Origin: Polyangiales bacterium
GTDB lineage: Bacteria; Myxococcota_A; Polyangia; Polyangiales; Polyangiaceae
Length of the DNA stretch: 64,000 nucleotides
Reading direction: 5' to 3'
NCBI GenBank assembly: GCA_038230375.1
Contig: JBBRNJ010000035.1
Location: 1 to 64,000 of the forward strand
Under the pieces are notes generated by a model. That model searched no databases, was not told the origin of the DNA, and saw only the letters and a program-made list of their open reading frames with translations. Below, piece after piece: positions 21,301-29,950 of this stretch. The first letter of the stretch is position 1, and each line of letters begins with the position of its first letter. The position numbers and the translations under genes are program-made.

Positions 21301-21722
21301 CCAAGCTGTTCGCCGACTACGAGCTGCTCCAGCCGTTCCCGCAGGTGGGCCGGCCGGTGCACACGATCGCGAAGGGGGAGATCGCGGCGAAGAGCCTCAC
21401 GCGAACCGCGGGCATCGTTGCCGCGCCCAAGAAGTTCCTGGGCGTGCTCGAATCACGCGGCTGGGAGCGAAGAGACGCGAGCTTCGTGGGAACGTTCCTG
21501 AAGACGGTGCAGGACGAGAGTGGAGCGCCACTGCGCGCGGAGCTTCCCCTCTCGGAGGGCGTGGAGATCGCCTACCTGCGCGACGCACCAGACGCGGCGA
21601 CAGAGGCCATTGTCGTTCACGCGATGGACGACGACCGGCCCATCGCGCTCGGCAAGCTCGACCTTGTGAGCTTCTCCGAGCTGGTGGCCGACATACAGGC
21701 GCTCACGCAGTCTTCGCGCTAG
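18384..21722 (+). CDS. DUF4132 (YehI/MolR-like) protein
   Basis: GLTKDELADRTVPDVGLD, RRFERAM..GRTW, HPLL..LSRRLVW, ADYELLQPFPQ motifs. Confidence 0.85.
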   Translation: MGKTTLTVPESLRKNLRSRRSLPGTAVTPTEAGVNRQFKRIKTQYAVKTRFGGKQTHASIYAAGLATKTEPELRTVRTGAHELLMDPSLDAVRAASVDILGAAEAMLRRADSDSTLLDAVVVARGLPDALRMALRCTEFELAAANGYTTAVYVVTNSDHVVSWGERWRPLRDALSAATKADYDAAVEIAGKLRKKLDLARRTEVAYSFPDQPWADEELLASAKAKTAGAKDDIRPHILLSATTSVEALRAYVDAWGEYASLAPYALDMVHVMPEKELLPILATELPTLLVKPKYGPLLKTPPRMIAEAIACWRSPGVAAVLASYVSHPVMAPLVLGFFRDAPELGGALSEKAGAKRTPSMERVLGNKPAEKAQKTAKASDVPPILRDRPWRAPGGKARAAREVLTLAVIVGKESVVLTKPVRGFEASSGSDVFRDMTKPELERWKKERAKKEWGRADYERERVTGSNTAWEYRRVPDDLAIKAWNDGECGLSQTELSWVARHGVKVLPGFTARDWLRWLSYDGEHDFLNAVMSFVSPRIAPDVAKAANRKRARGAALAWLERNPAVAALGLIPNALGKDGEAQRDADSALRQLSQTGHRAIVEKAAKAYGKDAARLVGALLDRDPLALDMAPPKPPPFLRLAELSDVTLRSGQSIGDDARGALVELLQITPNDVPYAGVEVVRKACDAASLGRLAEELLEQWVLGDLPGRHEWMMFACAHYPSESATRRVVALAREWARKNGAKASRLCAGLAAIGSDAALMALAHVADTTRYDVLKKDASQLVAEAAAARGLTKDELADRTVPDVGLDAKGTLQLSFGARTFVVTLDENLAPVVREKSKAGFGAATGTLPRPQKTDDASAARSARERFDLLKKDLAAITQRQLRRFERAMVEGRTWSAQDFRERIAGHPLLTHLSRRLVWEALPKKGAARSFRVTEDGSLSDEQDRSFTLPDGAGVRLAHPARTPSITTTWAKLFADYELLQPFPQVGRPVHTIAKGEIAAKSLTRTAGIVAAPKKFLGVLESRGWERRDASFVGTFLKTVQDESGAPLRAELPLSEGVEIAYLRDAPDAATEAIVVHAMDDDRPIALGKLDLVSFSELVADIQALTQSSR

Positions 21723-21757
21723 CGCTCCCGCGAGCGTGACGAGGTAGACTCGCCTGC

Positions 21758-23128
21758 ATGCGGTGCTCCACCTTGCTGGCTCTCTTCGCGTGCTCCACCG
21801 TGGTCGCTTCGATTGGTTGCAAGACGCAACCATCGGCCTCCGCCACGCAGGACGCAGCGACGTCGCCGATGGCATCCGCATCGAGCGCGTTCGCGGCGAC
21901 GCTCGGAGAGGACGGCGGGAAGGTCCCGACCGGAACGCCGAATTTGCTCCAGGCAGTGCCCGCGAAGGTGGCCGTGTCTTCCACTGTAGAGAACCCGCGC
22001 GACTTCCCCGAGCACCTGATGGACGGGCGCATGGATACTGCATGGAATGGCAAGACCGGCGATCTGCACGCCACGATCGCCTTCCGCGTCCCGGCAGACG
22101 CGCACGTGGACCGGGTAGACATCACCGCCGGCTACGACAGCCATCAGAAGGGCGGGGAGAAGCTGGACCTCTTCACCGCGAACCATCGCATCAAGACCAT
22201 CGCGGTGCATCGCAACGGCAAGAAGGTGAAGGAGGTCGCGCTCGACCCGCAGCGCCGCGGGTTTCAGCCCGTGCCCATCGATCTCGATGGCGGTGACTTC
22301 GTCCTGGAGGTCGTGGGCACGGAGCCGGGTTCGAAGAAGGACTGGAAGGAGATCGTCGTCTCCGAGATGCGCGTGGTGGGACGCCCCGGCAAGGAGCTCC
22401 GCAAGAGCGGCGAGCCGCTGCGCATCGCGGTGGGCACGCTGGACACGCCCGTCTCGGCCGGACTTCCAGCGGATAGAAGCCGCCTCGATGTGCGAAAGGC
22501 CCTGGCGGATGTATGTGCACAATACATTGATTCCGTGAAGGCGGACTACCAGCGAATCCTGGCCGAGCCCGAGGGGTCGAGCCCGATGACGGAGGACAAG
22601 AAGAGCCTGAAGGCGCCGTTCTGCAGGCCGGCCACGTGGAGCGGGAAATTCCAGGGCGACGCGACATGGAAGAGCGCGACCGCGGTGCGCGCGGGCTACG
22701 CCAGGTCGGACGCGATGCACCTGGTCGTGGAGCTCGCGCGAGGCTTCGCGCTGACGCCCATCGTGTGGGACGACGCGGGCGCGAACCTCACGGGCTGCCC
22801 GAGCGTGGTCGAGGCGAGTGAGGTGCCGGAGGTGCGGGTGGACAACGGCATGCTGCTCGCGATCGTGGACGGCTCGCGCATGACCTTTGTCGAGCCGGTC
22901 GACGACAAGGACAACGGCGGCCGGTACATGGCGGTGCGTGGTGCGGTGGCGTGCAAGGACACCGGCACTTCGCTCGAGTGCGCAGACTACAACCCCCAGT
23001 ACCAGGAGCCGCTCGCGCTCAAGATCCAGGCGAACCCGCGAGGCCAGCCGCCCCTCTCATCCCTCCCGTGGAGTAACGTGAAGAAGTTCCACGTGGGTCC
23101 CGATCTGCAAATCGTGATCGATCCCTGA
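21758..23128 (+). CDS. Lipoprotein with discoidin-like (galactose-binding fold) domain
   Basis: Lipobox SIGC; VSST...HLMDGRMDTAWN...VSEMRV pattern. Confidence 0.65.
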   Translation: MRCSTLLALFACSTVVASIGCKTQPSASATQDAATSPMASASSAFAATLGEDGGKVPTGTPNLLQAVPAKVAVSSTVENPRDFPEHLMDGRMDTAWNGKTGDLHATIAFRVPADAHVDRVDITAGYDSHQKGGEKLDLFTANHRIKTIAVHRNGKKVKEVALDPQRRGFQPVPIDLDGGDFVLEVVGTEPGSKKDWKEIVVSEMRVVGRPGKELRKSGEPLRIAVGTLDTPVSAGLPADRSRLDVRKALADVCAQYIDSVKADYQRILAEPEGSSPMTEDKKSLKAPFCRPATWSGKFQGDATWKSATAVRAGYARSDAMHLVVELARGFALTPIVWDDAGANLTGCPSVVEASEVPEVRVDNGMLLAIVDGSRMTFVEPVDDKDNGGRYMAVRGAVACKDTGTSLECADYNPQYQEPLALKIQANPRGQPPLSSLPWSNVKKFHVGPDLQIVIDP

Positions 23129-23151
23129 ACAGGGCTGCCCACCGATGCTGG

Positions 23152-24093
23152 TCACAGGCGCTTGGCGAGATCTCGCACGGCTCCTGGCGTGGCTGCGTCG
23201 CCGAAGAGCTGCGGCAAGAAGCACGTCTTCACCTTGATCCCCTCGGAAAGGCGATGCAGCGCCTCCGCCTGCACTCGCTCGCGGATCGCGCGGTCCCTGC
23301 CCGCGGCAAGCGCGGCCGCCGGCTTCGCGCCCAGGTCCGCATCCTCTCCGCCACGCTCTCCCTCCAGCACGGCCCGCTCCGCCTTCGAGAACAGCGGCGG
23401 AAGCATGCAATTTACAACTATTTTTCCGATGGGCAGCAGCAGCTCGCGCTCGAGCGCGTTGCAGAGCTCGATGCTCTCCGTGACGGGCAGCTCCTCCGGC
23501 AGCGTGACGATGATCACGTTGCACGTCTTCGGATCCTGGAAGAGCTTCCACGCGCGCTCGGCGTCGCGACGCAGGAGCCCTGGCGGCACCACGTCCAGGA
23601 TGACCTTGGGAACGCGGAGCATGTCCAGACCGTGCCCGGTGGCGGGCGCATCCAGGATGACAACGTCGTACTTGGGGAGGCCGTCCGTGCGCTCCTCGGT
23701 GGTGTGCCACCACGCCTTGCCCAGCATGGTCCACTCTTGCATGCCCGGCACGGCGCGGAAGAAGGACCGCGTGTAGCTGTTGTCGAAGAGCAGCTTGTAG
23801 AGCGAGCGGGACTTGAGCGTCATCATCCCGTACTCCTCGAGCGCGACGTTCGGGTCGATGTTCACCGCCCACACGTTCTCCGCCACGAGCGAGACGGTGG
23901 AGCCCACCGGCTCCGATCCGAACATCGCCGAGATGCGCTCCTTCGCGTTGCACATCACGATGAGCACGCGCTTGCCCTTGTGCGCGTAGGCGAGCGCCTG
24001 CGCCGCCGACACCGTGGTCTTGCCCACGCCGCCTTTGCCCGCGACGATGACGAACCGAACGGAGTCGGCAGCGTCTTTCTTGGGCTGGGGCAT
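23152..24093 (-). CDS. ArsA/GET3-related P-loop ATPase
   Basis: GKGGVGKTT, DAPATGH, VTLPEELPVTE. Confidence 0.88.
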   Translation of the reverse strand: MPQPKKDAADSVRFVIVAGKGGVGKTTVSAAQALAYAHKGKRVLIVMCNAKERISAMFGSEPVGSTVSLVAENVWAVNIDPNVALEEYGMMTLKSRSLYKLLFDNSYTRSFFRAVPGMQEWTMLGKAWWHTTEERTDGLPKYDVVILDAPATGHGLDMLRVPKVILDVVPPGLLRRDAERAWKLFQDPKTCNVIIVTLPEELPVTESIELCNALERELLLPIGKIVVNCMLPPLFSKAERAVLEGERGGEDADLGAKPAAALAAGRDRAIRERVQAEALHRLSEGIKVKTCFLPQLFGDAATPGAVRDLAKRL

Positions 24094-24158
24094 GCATCCA
24101 TCCTTTAAGGGACCTCCGCCAGCGTGGCAAGGAGTGAAGACCATGATAATCAGCCGGC

Positions 24159-25865
24159 ATGTCCGGCCGTCCGCATCCAGCCAAGCCTGAAGCACCGCGA
24201 GCAGCCGGTGCTGGCGGCGTCCGCGTGATGCCGTTCGGGGGTCTGGGCGAGATCGGGATGAACGCCATGGCGATCGTTCAGGGTCGGGACGCGATCCTGG
24301 TGGACTGCGGCGTGTCGTTCGCCGATCGCGCGTTCGGGGCGGATGTCATCCATCCCGACTTCACCGCGCTCATGGACTTCGAGGTGCGCGGCGTGGTCAT
24401 CACGCACGGCCACGAGGACCACATAGGCGCTGTCCCGTATTTCCTGCGGCGCTTCGACGTGCCGGTCTATGGACCGAAATACGCGCTTTCGCTCCTGTCG
24501 GACCGCTCACGCGAGCACGAGGTGCTGTTCCACGCGGACCTCATCGACGTCTCCACGCGCGCGCCATTCAAGGTCGGCCCGTTCACCGTCGAGGCGATCC
24601 GCGTCGCGCACTCCACTGCGGATGCAACGGCGCTCGCCATCGAGACCGAGGCCGGCATCATCTTCCACACGGGCGATTTCAAGTTCGACGACGACGCAGA
24701 CCCGTCTGCCGCTGTGGATACGGAACGCATCGCGGAGCTCTCGCGCGCGGGGATCTCGCTCATGCTTTCGGACTCCACGAACGCCGATCGCGACGGCAGC
24801 TCCGGCAGCGAGCGCACCGTGGCCACCGCGCTCTCCGCGATCATCCACGAGGCCAAGGCCGCGGTCGTCGTCACGCTGTTCGCGTCCAATGTGGACCGGC
24901 TGGACGCGCTGGGTCGCATCGCGCGCGAGACCGGTCGGCGGCTGGTGCTCGTGGGTCGAAGCATGGAGCGGCACCTCAAGGTCGCGCGGCGGCTCGGGCT
25001 GCTCGGCTTCCCTGCGGAGCTTCTCTGGCCAGAGGAGCGCATCCGCGAGCTGCCGCGGAACCAGATCCTCGCGCTCGCGACGGGGAGCCAGGGCGAGCAG
25101 AACGCAGGGCTCGCGAAGCTCTCTCGCGACGAGGTGCCAGGCCTGTCGCTCGGCGAAGGTGACACGGTCATCCTGTCGTCGCGCGTGATCCCCGGCCACG
25201 AGCTGGAGGTGCAGCGGATCATCGGCGATTTCCTGCGAAAAGGCGCCCACGTGCGCTTTCCGTCGCGCGATCCGGACATCCACGTGAGCGGCCATGCGTG
25301 CCGCGACGAGCAGCGCCGCATGCTGGACCTTGTCGCCCCCGCGTCGTTCATCCCGGTGCACGGCGCGCTTCATCATCTTCACGCGCACGCGGAGCTGGCG
25401 CGTGAGGCGGGTGTTTCGCGGGTGCAGATCCTCGAGAACGGAGAGAGCGCGCACCTCTCAGCCCAGGCGGAGCTCTCGCGCGACGCGAACTTCCGCGTGG
25501 GGAAGATCTTCACCTGGGACAAGCGCGAGGTCGCGCCCTCCGTGCTCGGTGAGCGGAAGGCGCTCGCGCACGATGGCATTGCGGTGCTGTCGCTGCCGCT
25601 CGATGGCAACGGCGCGCTCGTGGGAGCGCCGGAGATCCAGGCGCGCGGGGTGATGATGGAGCCCGAGCTCACGCGGGCGCGTCCCGAGCTGACGCGTGAG
25701 ATCCAGGAGGCCGTTCGTGCGGTGTCTCCGCCGACGAACCGCGAGCGCAGCACGGAAGCCGCGCGGCTCGCGACCAGGCGCGTGATCGGAAAGCTGACGG
25801 GGCACAAGCCCGTGGTGGTGGTCACATCGTCCATTCCTGCGCCGGGGACGGGGGGAAAGCCGTGA
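24159..25865 (+). CDS. rnj: Ribonuclease J
   Basis: GGLGEIGMN, THGHEDHIG, HTGDFK, DSTNA, TGSQGE, HVSGHA, PVHG. Confidence 0.93.
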   Translation: MSGRPHPAKPEAPRAAGAGGVRVMPFGGLGEIGMNAMAIVQGRDAILVDCGVSFADRAFGADVIHPDFTALMDFEVRGVVITHGHEDHIGAVPYFLRRFDVPVYGPKYALSLLSDRSREHEVLFHADLIDVSTRAPFKVGPFTVEAIRVAHSTADATALAIETEAGIIFHTGDFKFDDDADPSAAVDTERIAELSRAGISLMLSDSTNADRDGSSGSERTVATALSAIIHEAKAAVVVTLFASNVDRLDALGRIARETGRRLVLVGRSMERHLKVARRLGLLGFPAELLWPEERIRELPRNQILALATGSQGEQNAGLAKLSRDEVPGLSLGEGDTVILSSRVIPGHELEVQRIIGDFLRKGAHVRFPSRDPDIHVSGHACRDEQRRMLDLVAPASFIPVHGALHHLHAHAELAREAGVSRVQILENGESAHLSAQAELSRDANFRVGKIFTWDKREVAPSVLGERKALAHDGIAVLSLPLDGNGALVGAPEIQARGVMMEPELTRARPELTREIQEAVRAVSPPTNRERSTEAARLATRRVIGKLTGHKPVVVVTSSIPAPGTGGKP

Positions 25866-26761
25866 AGATGTCACCGACCCAGGCCCTGCCGACGCGTGCG
25901 CCCAGGGCCAGCGTGTTCTTCGCGCGCACGCTGACCGCGCTCGACCTTACCCTTGGGCAGACGGTCCCGCGCATGCTCGCGAACGCGAGCGAGGACCTTG
26001 AGGCGCTCCACGACTTCCGCGTCGAGGTCCGCAAGCTCCGCACGCTGCTCAAGGCGGCGCGGTCCCTCTATGGTCGCTTCCACGCCGACGCCGTGCGCGC
26101 TGGCTTCACGGAGATGCATCGCGCCACCGGCGCGCTCCGCGACGAAGAGGTGTTCCTGGAGCTGCTCGGGACGCTCGGCCTTGATCGCGACGAGACGCGT
26201 GACGAGATGCTGGCGTTCATCGCGAAGCGCCACGCACGCGAGCGAGCGCTGCGCCGCAATGTGCTCGCTCTGGTGCGAAGCCCGAAGGTGAAGCGGGCGC
26301 GGTCGCTCCTCTCTGCGATCACGCTCCTGCCGCTCGATCCGAAGCACGAGAAGGATCTCCACAAATTCGCGCGGAAGACCGTGGCGCGCGCGATGGTCGG
26401 TGTGGACGCGCTCCGCAACACGCCAACGACGGATGACGTGGGCCTGCACGACCTTCGCATTGCGTACAAGGGGCTCCGCTACGCCTGCGAGCTGATGGCC
26501 ACCGCGCTGCCACCGGACATCGCAACGCTGGCGGAGCCTGCGGCGAAGATGCAGAAGCGCCTGGGCGAGATCCACGACGTGGACGCCGCGCTGCTCTCCA
26601 TCGGCCGCGCCCGCTCGCTCTCGCCACTACTGCGAGCAAGGCTCCTGCAGGCGCTCCACCAGCGCCGCGAGAAATTGGTTGTAAAATACACGAATCTGGC
26701 CCACGCCTTCGCAGAGGCGAACAAGGAAGAAGAGGCCGAGACGACGACGACGACGACCTAG
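25862..26761 (+). CDS. CHAD domain protein (polyphosphate-binding family)
   Basis: LHDFRVEVRKLR, LHDLRIAYKGLRY, QKRLGEIHD; GTGA overlap with rnj. Confidence 0.9.
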   Translation: MKMSPTQALPTRAPRASVFFARTLTALDLTLGQTVPRMLANASEDLEALHDFRVEVRKLRTLLKAARSLYGRFHADAVRAGFTEMHRATGALRDEEVFLELLGTLGLDRDETRDEMLAFIAKRHARERALRRNVLALVRSPKVKRARSLLSAITLLPLDPKHEKDLHKFARKTVARAMVGVDALRNTPTTDDVGLHDLRIAYKGLRYACELMATALPPDIATLAEPAAKMQKRLGEIHDVDAALLSIGRARSLSPLLRARLLQALHQRREKLVVKYTNLAHAFAEANKEEEAETTTTTT

Positions 26762-26890
26762 ACTTCGACCTCGACTTTAGACCTCGACCTCGACTTCGAC
26801 CTCGACTTCGACCTCGACTTCGACCTCGACTTCGACCTCGACCTCGACCTCGACCTCGACCTCGACCTCGACCCTCAAACCTCAAACCTC
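26759..26890 (+). repeat. Intergenic (TCGACY)n microsatellite, about 19 units
   Basis: TCGACC/TCGACT tandem with two TAGACY variants, ending in two TCAAACC units. Confidence 0.95.
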
Positions 26891-26898
26891 CAGAGCGG

Positions 26899-27474
26899 TC
26901 AGCCGTTCGGGACGGTGTCGCTTCGGAAGATTTCTAGCTTTTGCAGGACGATGTCCGTCATCGGCCTGTCCCGCGGGCCCGTCGCGGAGTGGGTGATCTT
27001 GGGGATCAGCTCTGCGTTGACGATCACCTGACCGAAGACGGAGTGCTTGTTGTCCAGCCAGGGTGTGGCCTTCTCACAGACGAAGAACTGCGAGCCGTTC
27101 GAGGAGGGACCCGAGTTCGCCATCGAGAGAATGCCGACGCCGATGTGCCTGAGCTCGGGATGGAACTCGTCCTTGAATTTGTAGCCTGGACCGCCCGTAC
27201 CCTGACCGAGCGGGTCACCGCCCTGGATCATGAAATCCGGGATGACGCGGTGAAAGATGGTGCCGTCGTAGTAGGGGACGCCCTGCTTCTCCTGACCGGA
27301 GCGCGGGTCCTTGTACGTCTGCGTGCCCATCGCCAGGCCGACGAAGTTCTTCACGGTGTCGGGGGCGCGTTGCTCCTCGAGCCGCGCCACCATGGTGCCC
27401 ATGGAGGTCACGAAACGCGCATAGAGCTGCCCGGAGCCCGGGACGTTGATGGGGGGAAACGTTGCCTCGACCAT
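26899..27474 (-). CDS. Cyclophilin-type peptidyl-prolyl isomerase
   Basis: FHRVIPDFMIQGGDP, SMANSG, NGSQFF, WLDNKHSVFG; GGAGG RBS before ATG 27474. Confidence 0.95.
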   Translation of the reverse strand: MVEATFPPINVPGSGQLYARFVTSMGTMVARLEEQRAPDTVKNFVGLAMGTQTYKDPRSGQEKQGVPYYDGTIFHRVIPDFMIQGGDPLGQGTGGPGYKFKDEFHPELRHIGVGILSMANSGPSSNGSQFFVCEKATPWLDNKHSVFGQVIVNAELIPKITHSATGPRDRPMTDIVLQKLEIFRSDTVPNG

Positions 27475-27710
27475 GAGATCCTCCAGAAACGCCAAAAATC
27501 GCGCAAGGGCCACTCCCTCGCAAGGCCGAACATAGACGATCTACAGGCTCAGTTGGGGCTCACGTCAGGGTCGTTCCAATTCCCGTGCCCACCTTGGCGC
27601 CGACATGTCTATACTGGCGCTCCCAGTAGAGTTTGTGGCCCTAATCCTTGACCGGTTTTCGGCTCTCTTGATACCCCTAGGCTCTCCCTGGAATCGGTTC
27701 GGAGGAACGC

Positions 27711-28808
27711 GTGATCACCTGCCCCAAGTGCTCGAAGGACAACCAAGACCACTACAAGTTCTGTCTAGGTTGTGGCGCAGAGCTCCCGCGCGATGCAGCG
27801 CCCAAGCCGTTCACGCCGCAGACGCCTGCCCACGGCATGAAAGCGCAGCAAGCCTCCGTTGCCGCGGCAGCGCCGCCAGTCGCTGCGCCCGTGGCAGCGC
27901 CTCCTCCTGTGCTGGCCCCTCCTCCCGTGGTGGCAGCCCCTCCCCCGGTGGCAGCCCCTGTCGTGGCGTCCCCCATGACAGCGCAGCCCGTCGCACCTGC
28001 TGTCGCTCCTCCGCCGCAAGCTGGCGGTGCGATCGTCGTGTGCCCGCAATGCGGCCATAACAACTCGCCAGGCAATCTGTTCTGCGGCTCGTGCGGCTTC
28101 CGTCTTGGTGGTGGCGCGCCGGCGTCGGTGGCTGCGCAGCCTCCTCCGCCCATGGCGGCTGGCGGTGGCGGTCCGAGTGGCGTCGTCCTCACGGCGCTCC
28201 GCGCTGACGGCTCGGAGGCTGGCACCTTCATCGTCCCCACCGCGACGTTCGTCGTTGGTCGTGACGTTGGCGGCATCTTCGCTGGCGACAGCTATCTCTC
28301 GCCCAAGCACGCCACCATGCGTCGCGACGGCCCGCGGCTCCTGATCAAGGACGAAGGCTCGCTCAACGGCGTCTACAAGAAGCTCGCCCGCGACGTCCCC
28401 GTGGAGCTCAAGCCCAACGACGTGTTCCGCATCGGGCAAGAGATCATCAAGTTCGAAGCGCTCACGCCGGAGCCCGCATCGCCTGATGGCGTGGAGCGGC
28501 TCGGCTCTCCTTCCAAGGGCTACGTGGGGCGCATCGCGCTCGTCATCGGCCGCGACACGACCGGAAATGCGTTCCCCATTCCCGACGCGGGCATCCACCT
28601 GGGTCGCGAGCGCGGCGACGTGCTCTTCCCCGAGGACGGCTACGTGTCCGGCCTTCACTGCCGCCTCTCATGGGAGGGCAACAAGCTCTTCATGACGGAC
28701 CTCGGCAGCTCCAACGGCTCCTTCATCCGCCTGAAGGAAGAGACCGACGTGAAGACCGGCGACGTGCTGCTCATGGGCCAGCAGCTGTTCAGAGTGGCTC
28801 TATCGTGA
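27711..28808 (+). CDS. Double zinc-ribbon, tandem FHA domain protein
   Basis: Two CxxC...CxxC ribbons, Pro linker, two FHA cores (GR..SxxH..SxNG). Confidence 0.9.
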   Translation: MITCPKCSKDNQDHYKFCLGCGAELPRDAAPKPFTPQTPAHGMKAQQASVAAAAPPVAAPVAAPPPVLAPPPVVAAPPPVAAPVVASPMTAQPVAPAVAPPPQAGGAIVVCPQCGHNNSPGNLFCGSCGFRLGGGAPASVAAQPPPPMAAGGGGPSGVVLTALRADGSEAGTFIVPTATFVVGRDVGGIFAGDSYLSPKHATMRRDGPRLLIKDEGSLNGVYKKLARDVPVELKPNDVFRIGQEIIKFEALTPEPASPDGVERLGSPSKGYVGRIALVIGRDTTGNAFPIPDAGIHLGRERGDVLFPEDGYVSGLHCRLSWEGNKLFMTDLGSSNGSFIRLKEETDVKTGDVLLMGQQLFRVALS

Positions 28809-28848
28809 TCGCTCTCCTGAGCGCTCGCCAGGGGGAGGCGGGGACAGC

Positions 28849-29253
28849 GTGAGCGGGCCGACATCGGTGCGTACCATCCGCGTCGTGGCCGCGGTGCTCG
28901 AGCGTGATGGCAAGTACCTCATCACGCAGCGCCGCACGTCGGCCGTGCTCCCGCTGCTCTGGGAGTTTCCGGGCGGGCGCGTGGAGGCGGGCGAGACGGA
29001 TGTGCTCGCGCTGAAGCGGGAGCTCCTGCACCGGCTCGGCGCCGACATCGAGTGCGGCAAGCTCATCTCGTTCGTGAGCCACCCGTACGAGCACTACGTC
29101 GTGGATCTCTTCCTGTACGAATGCACGCTGAAGAGCGAGCTGCTCGAGCCGCGCGCCGTGAACGCGTTCAAGTGGGTCGCGAGCGGCGAGTTCGATCAGT
29201 ACCCGTTCACGCCGGCCGACGAGGCCTCCATGAACAAGCTCCTCGGCGTCTGA
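28849..29253 (+). CDS. NUDIX hydrolase (MutT/NudG-like)
   Basis: WEFPGGRVEAGET..ALKREL Nudix box, partly degenerate. Confidence 0.85.
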   Translation: MSGPTSVRTIRVVAAVLERDGKYLITQRRTSAVLPLLWEFPGGRVEAGETDVLALKRELLHRLGADIECGKLISFVSHPYEHYVVDLFLYECTLKSELLEPRAVNAFKWVASGEFDQYPFTPADEASMNKLLGV

Positions 29254-29314
29254 AACGGCGTTGCCTCGGAGCAATCCAACGCCGTTTCCACTTTTGCGGT
29301 CGGATGTTCGCCGG

Positions 29315-29923
29315 TCAGATGTTCGAGAGGATCGGGTAGGCCCACCAGAGCCCCACACCGAGGGAGAGGAGGCCGCTTGCTGCTACCAGGCCGCGGGCGA
29401 TCGCAGGCTTTTGGGCGAGACGTGAGAGTGGCACACCCGCGAGCCCTGCGAGCAGCGCCATGCCGACCAGCGCGCCGGATGCGTACAGCGTCATGAAGGC
29501 GAGGCCCTCGGGGAGGCTGTAGAGCCTGGAGACGGCGAGCGCGGTCAGCGCGCCACTGCCCGACAACCCGTGCACGAGCCCTACCGCGAAGGGCAGACGC
29601 GCGCTCTGCGTGTGGCCGCGGTGGACGTGCTTGGACACGAACAGTGCGCGCACCCCGAGCGCTACGAGCGCTGCCGCGACCAGGAGCTCCAGCGCATTGC
29701 CGATGCGCACGGGCATCACCGCGTGAAGCGCGAACATGAGGCCGCCCATGCCCACAAGCATGAGCCCATGGCCGAGCCCCCATGACGTAGCAAACGCAAC
29801 CAGGCGCGAGGCCCGCTTCTCACCCGCAGCCAGCGTTGTCACCGCGGCAATATGATCAGGCTCGAACGCATGACGGACCCCGGCCACGAGGCCGAGTGAC
29901 ATGCCGAGCAGCGCCGCAATCAT
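29315..29923 (-). CDS. UreH/NiCoT-like nickel/cobalt transporter
   Basis: RHAFEPDHIAAV and GLVHGLSGSG motifs; about 6 TM. Confidence 0.8.
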   Translation of the reverse strand: MIAALLGMSLGLVAGVRHAFEPDHIAAVTTLAAGEKRASRLVAFATSWGLGHGLMLVGMGGLMFALHAVMPVRIGNALELLVAAALVALGVRALFVSKHVHRGHTQSARLPFAVGLVHGLSGSGALTALAVSRLYSLPEGLAFMTLYASGALVGMALLAGLAGVPLSRLAQKPAIARGLVAASGLLSLGVGLWWAYPILSNI

Positions 29924-29950
29924 GGCGATGTAACTAGCACGCCGGCGGAG

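Noticed and set aside
14847..21362. 2171-aa ORF as one giant protein
   Set aside because: Only 14847-17216 is YehM-like. The rest is off-frame over yehL and antisense to the DUF4132 gene, a high-GC shadow.
23152..24093. Arsenic-resistance operon
   Set aside because: Single-domain ArsA/GET3-like ATPase with no arsR/B/C/D neighbours.
26759..26890. Repeat tracts as CRISPR arrays
   Set aside because: 6-24 bp tandem units with no unique spacers and no cas genes.
29315..29923. Urease or hydrogenase locus
   Set aside because: Only the transporter is present; no Ni-enzyme genes in the window.
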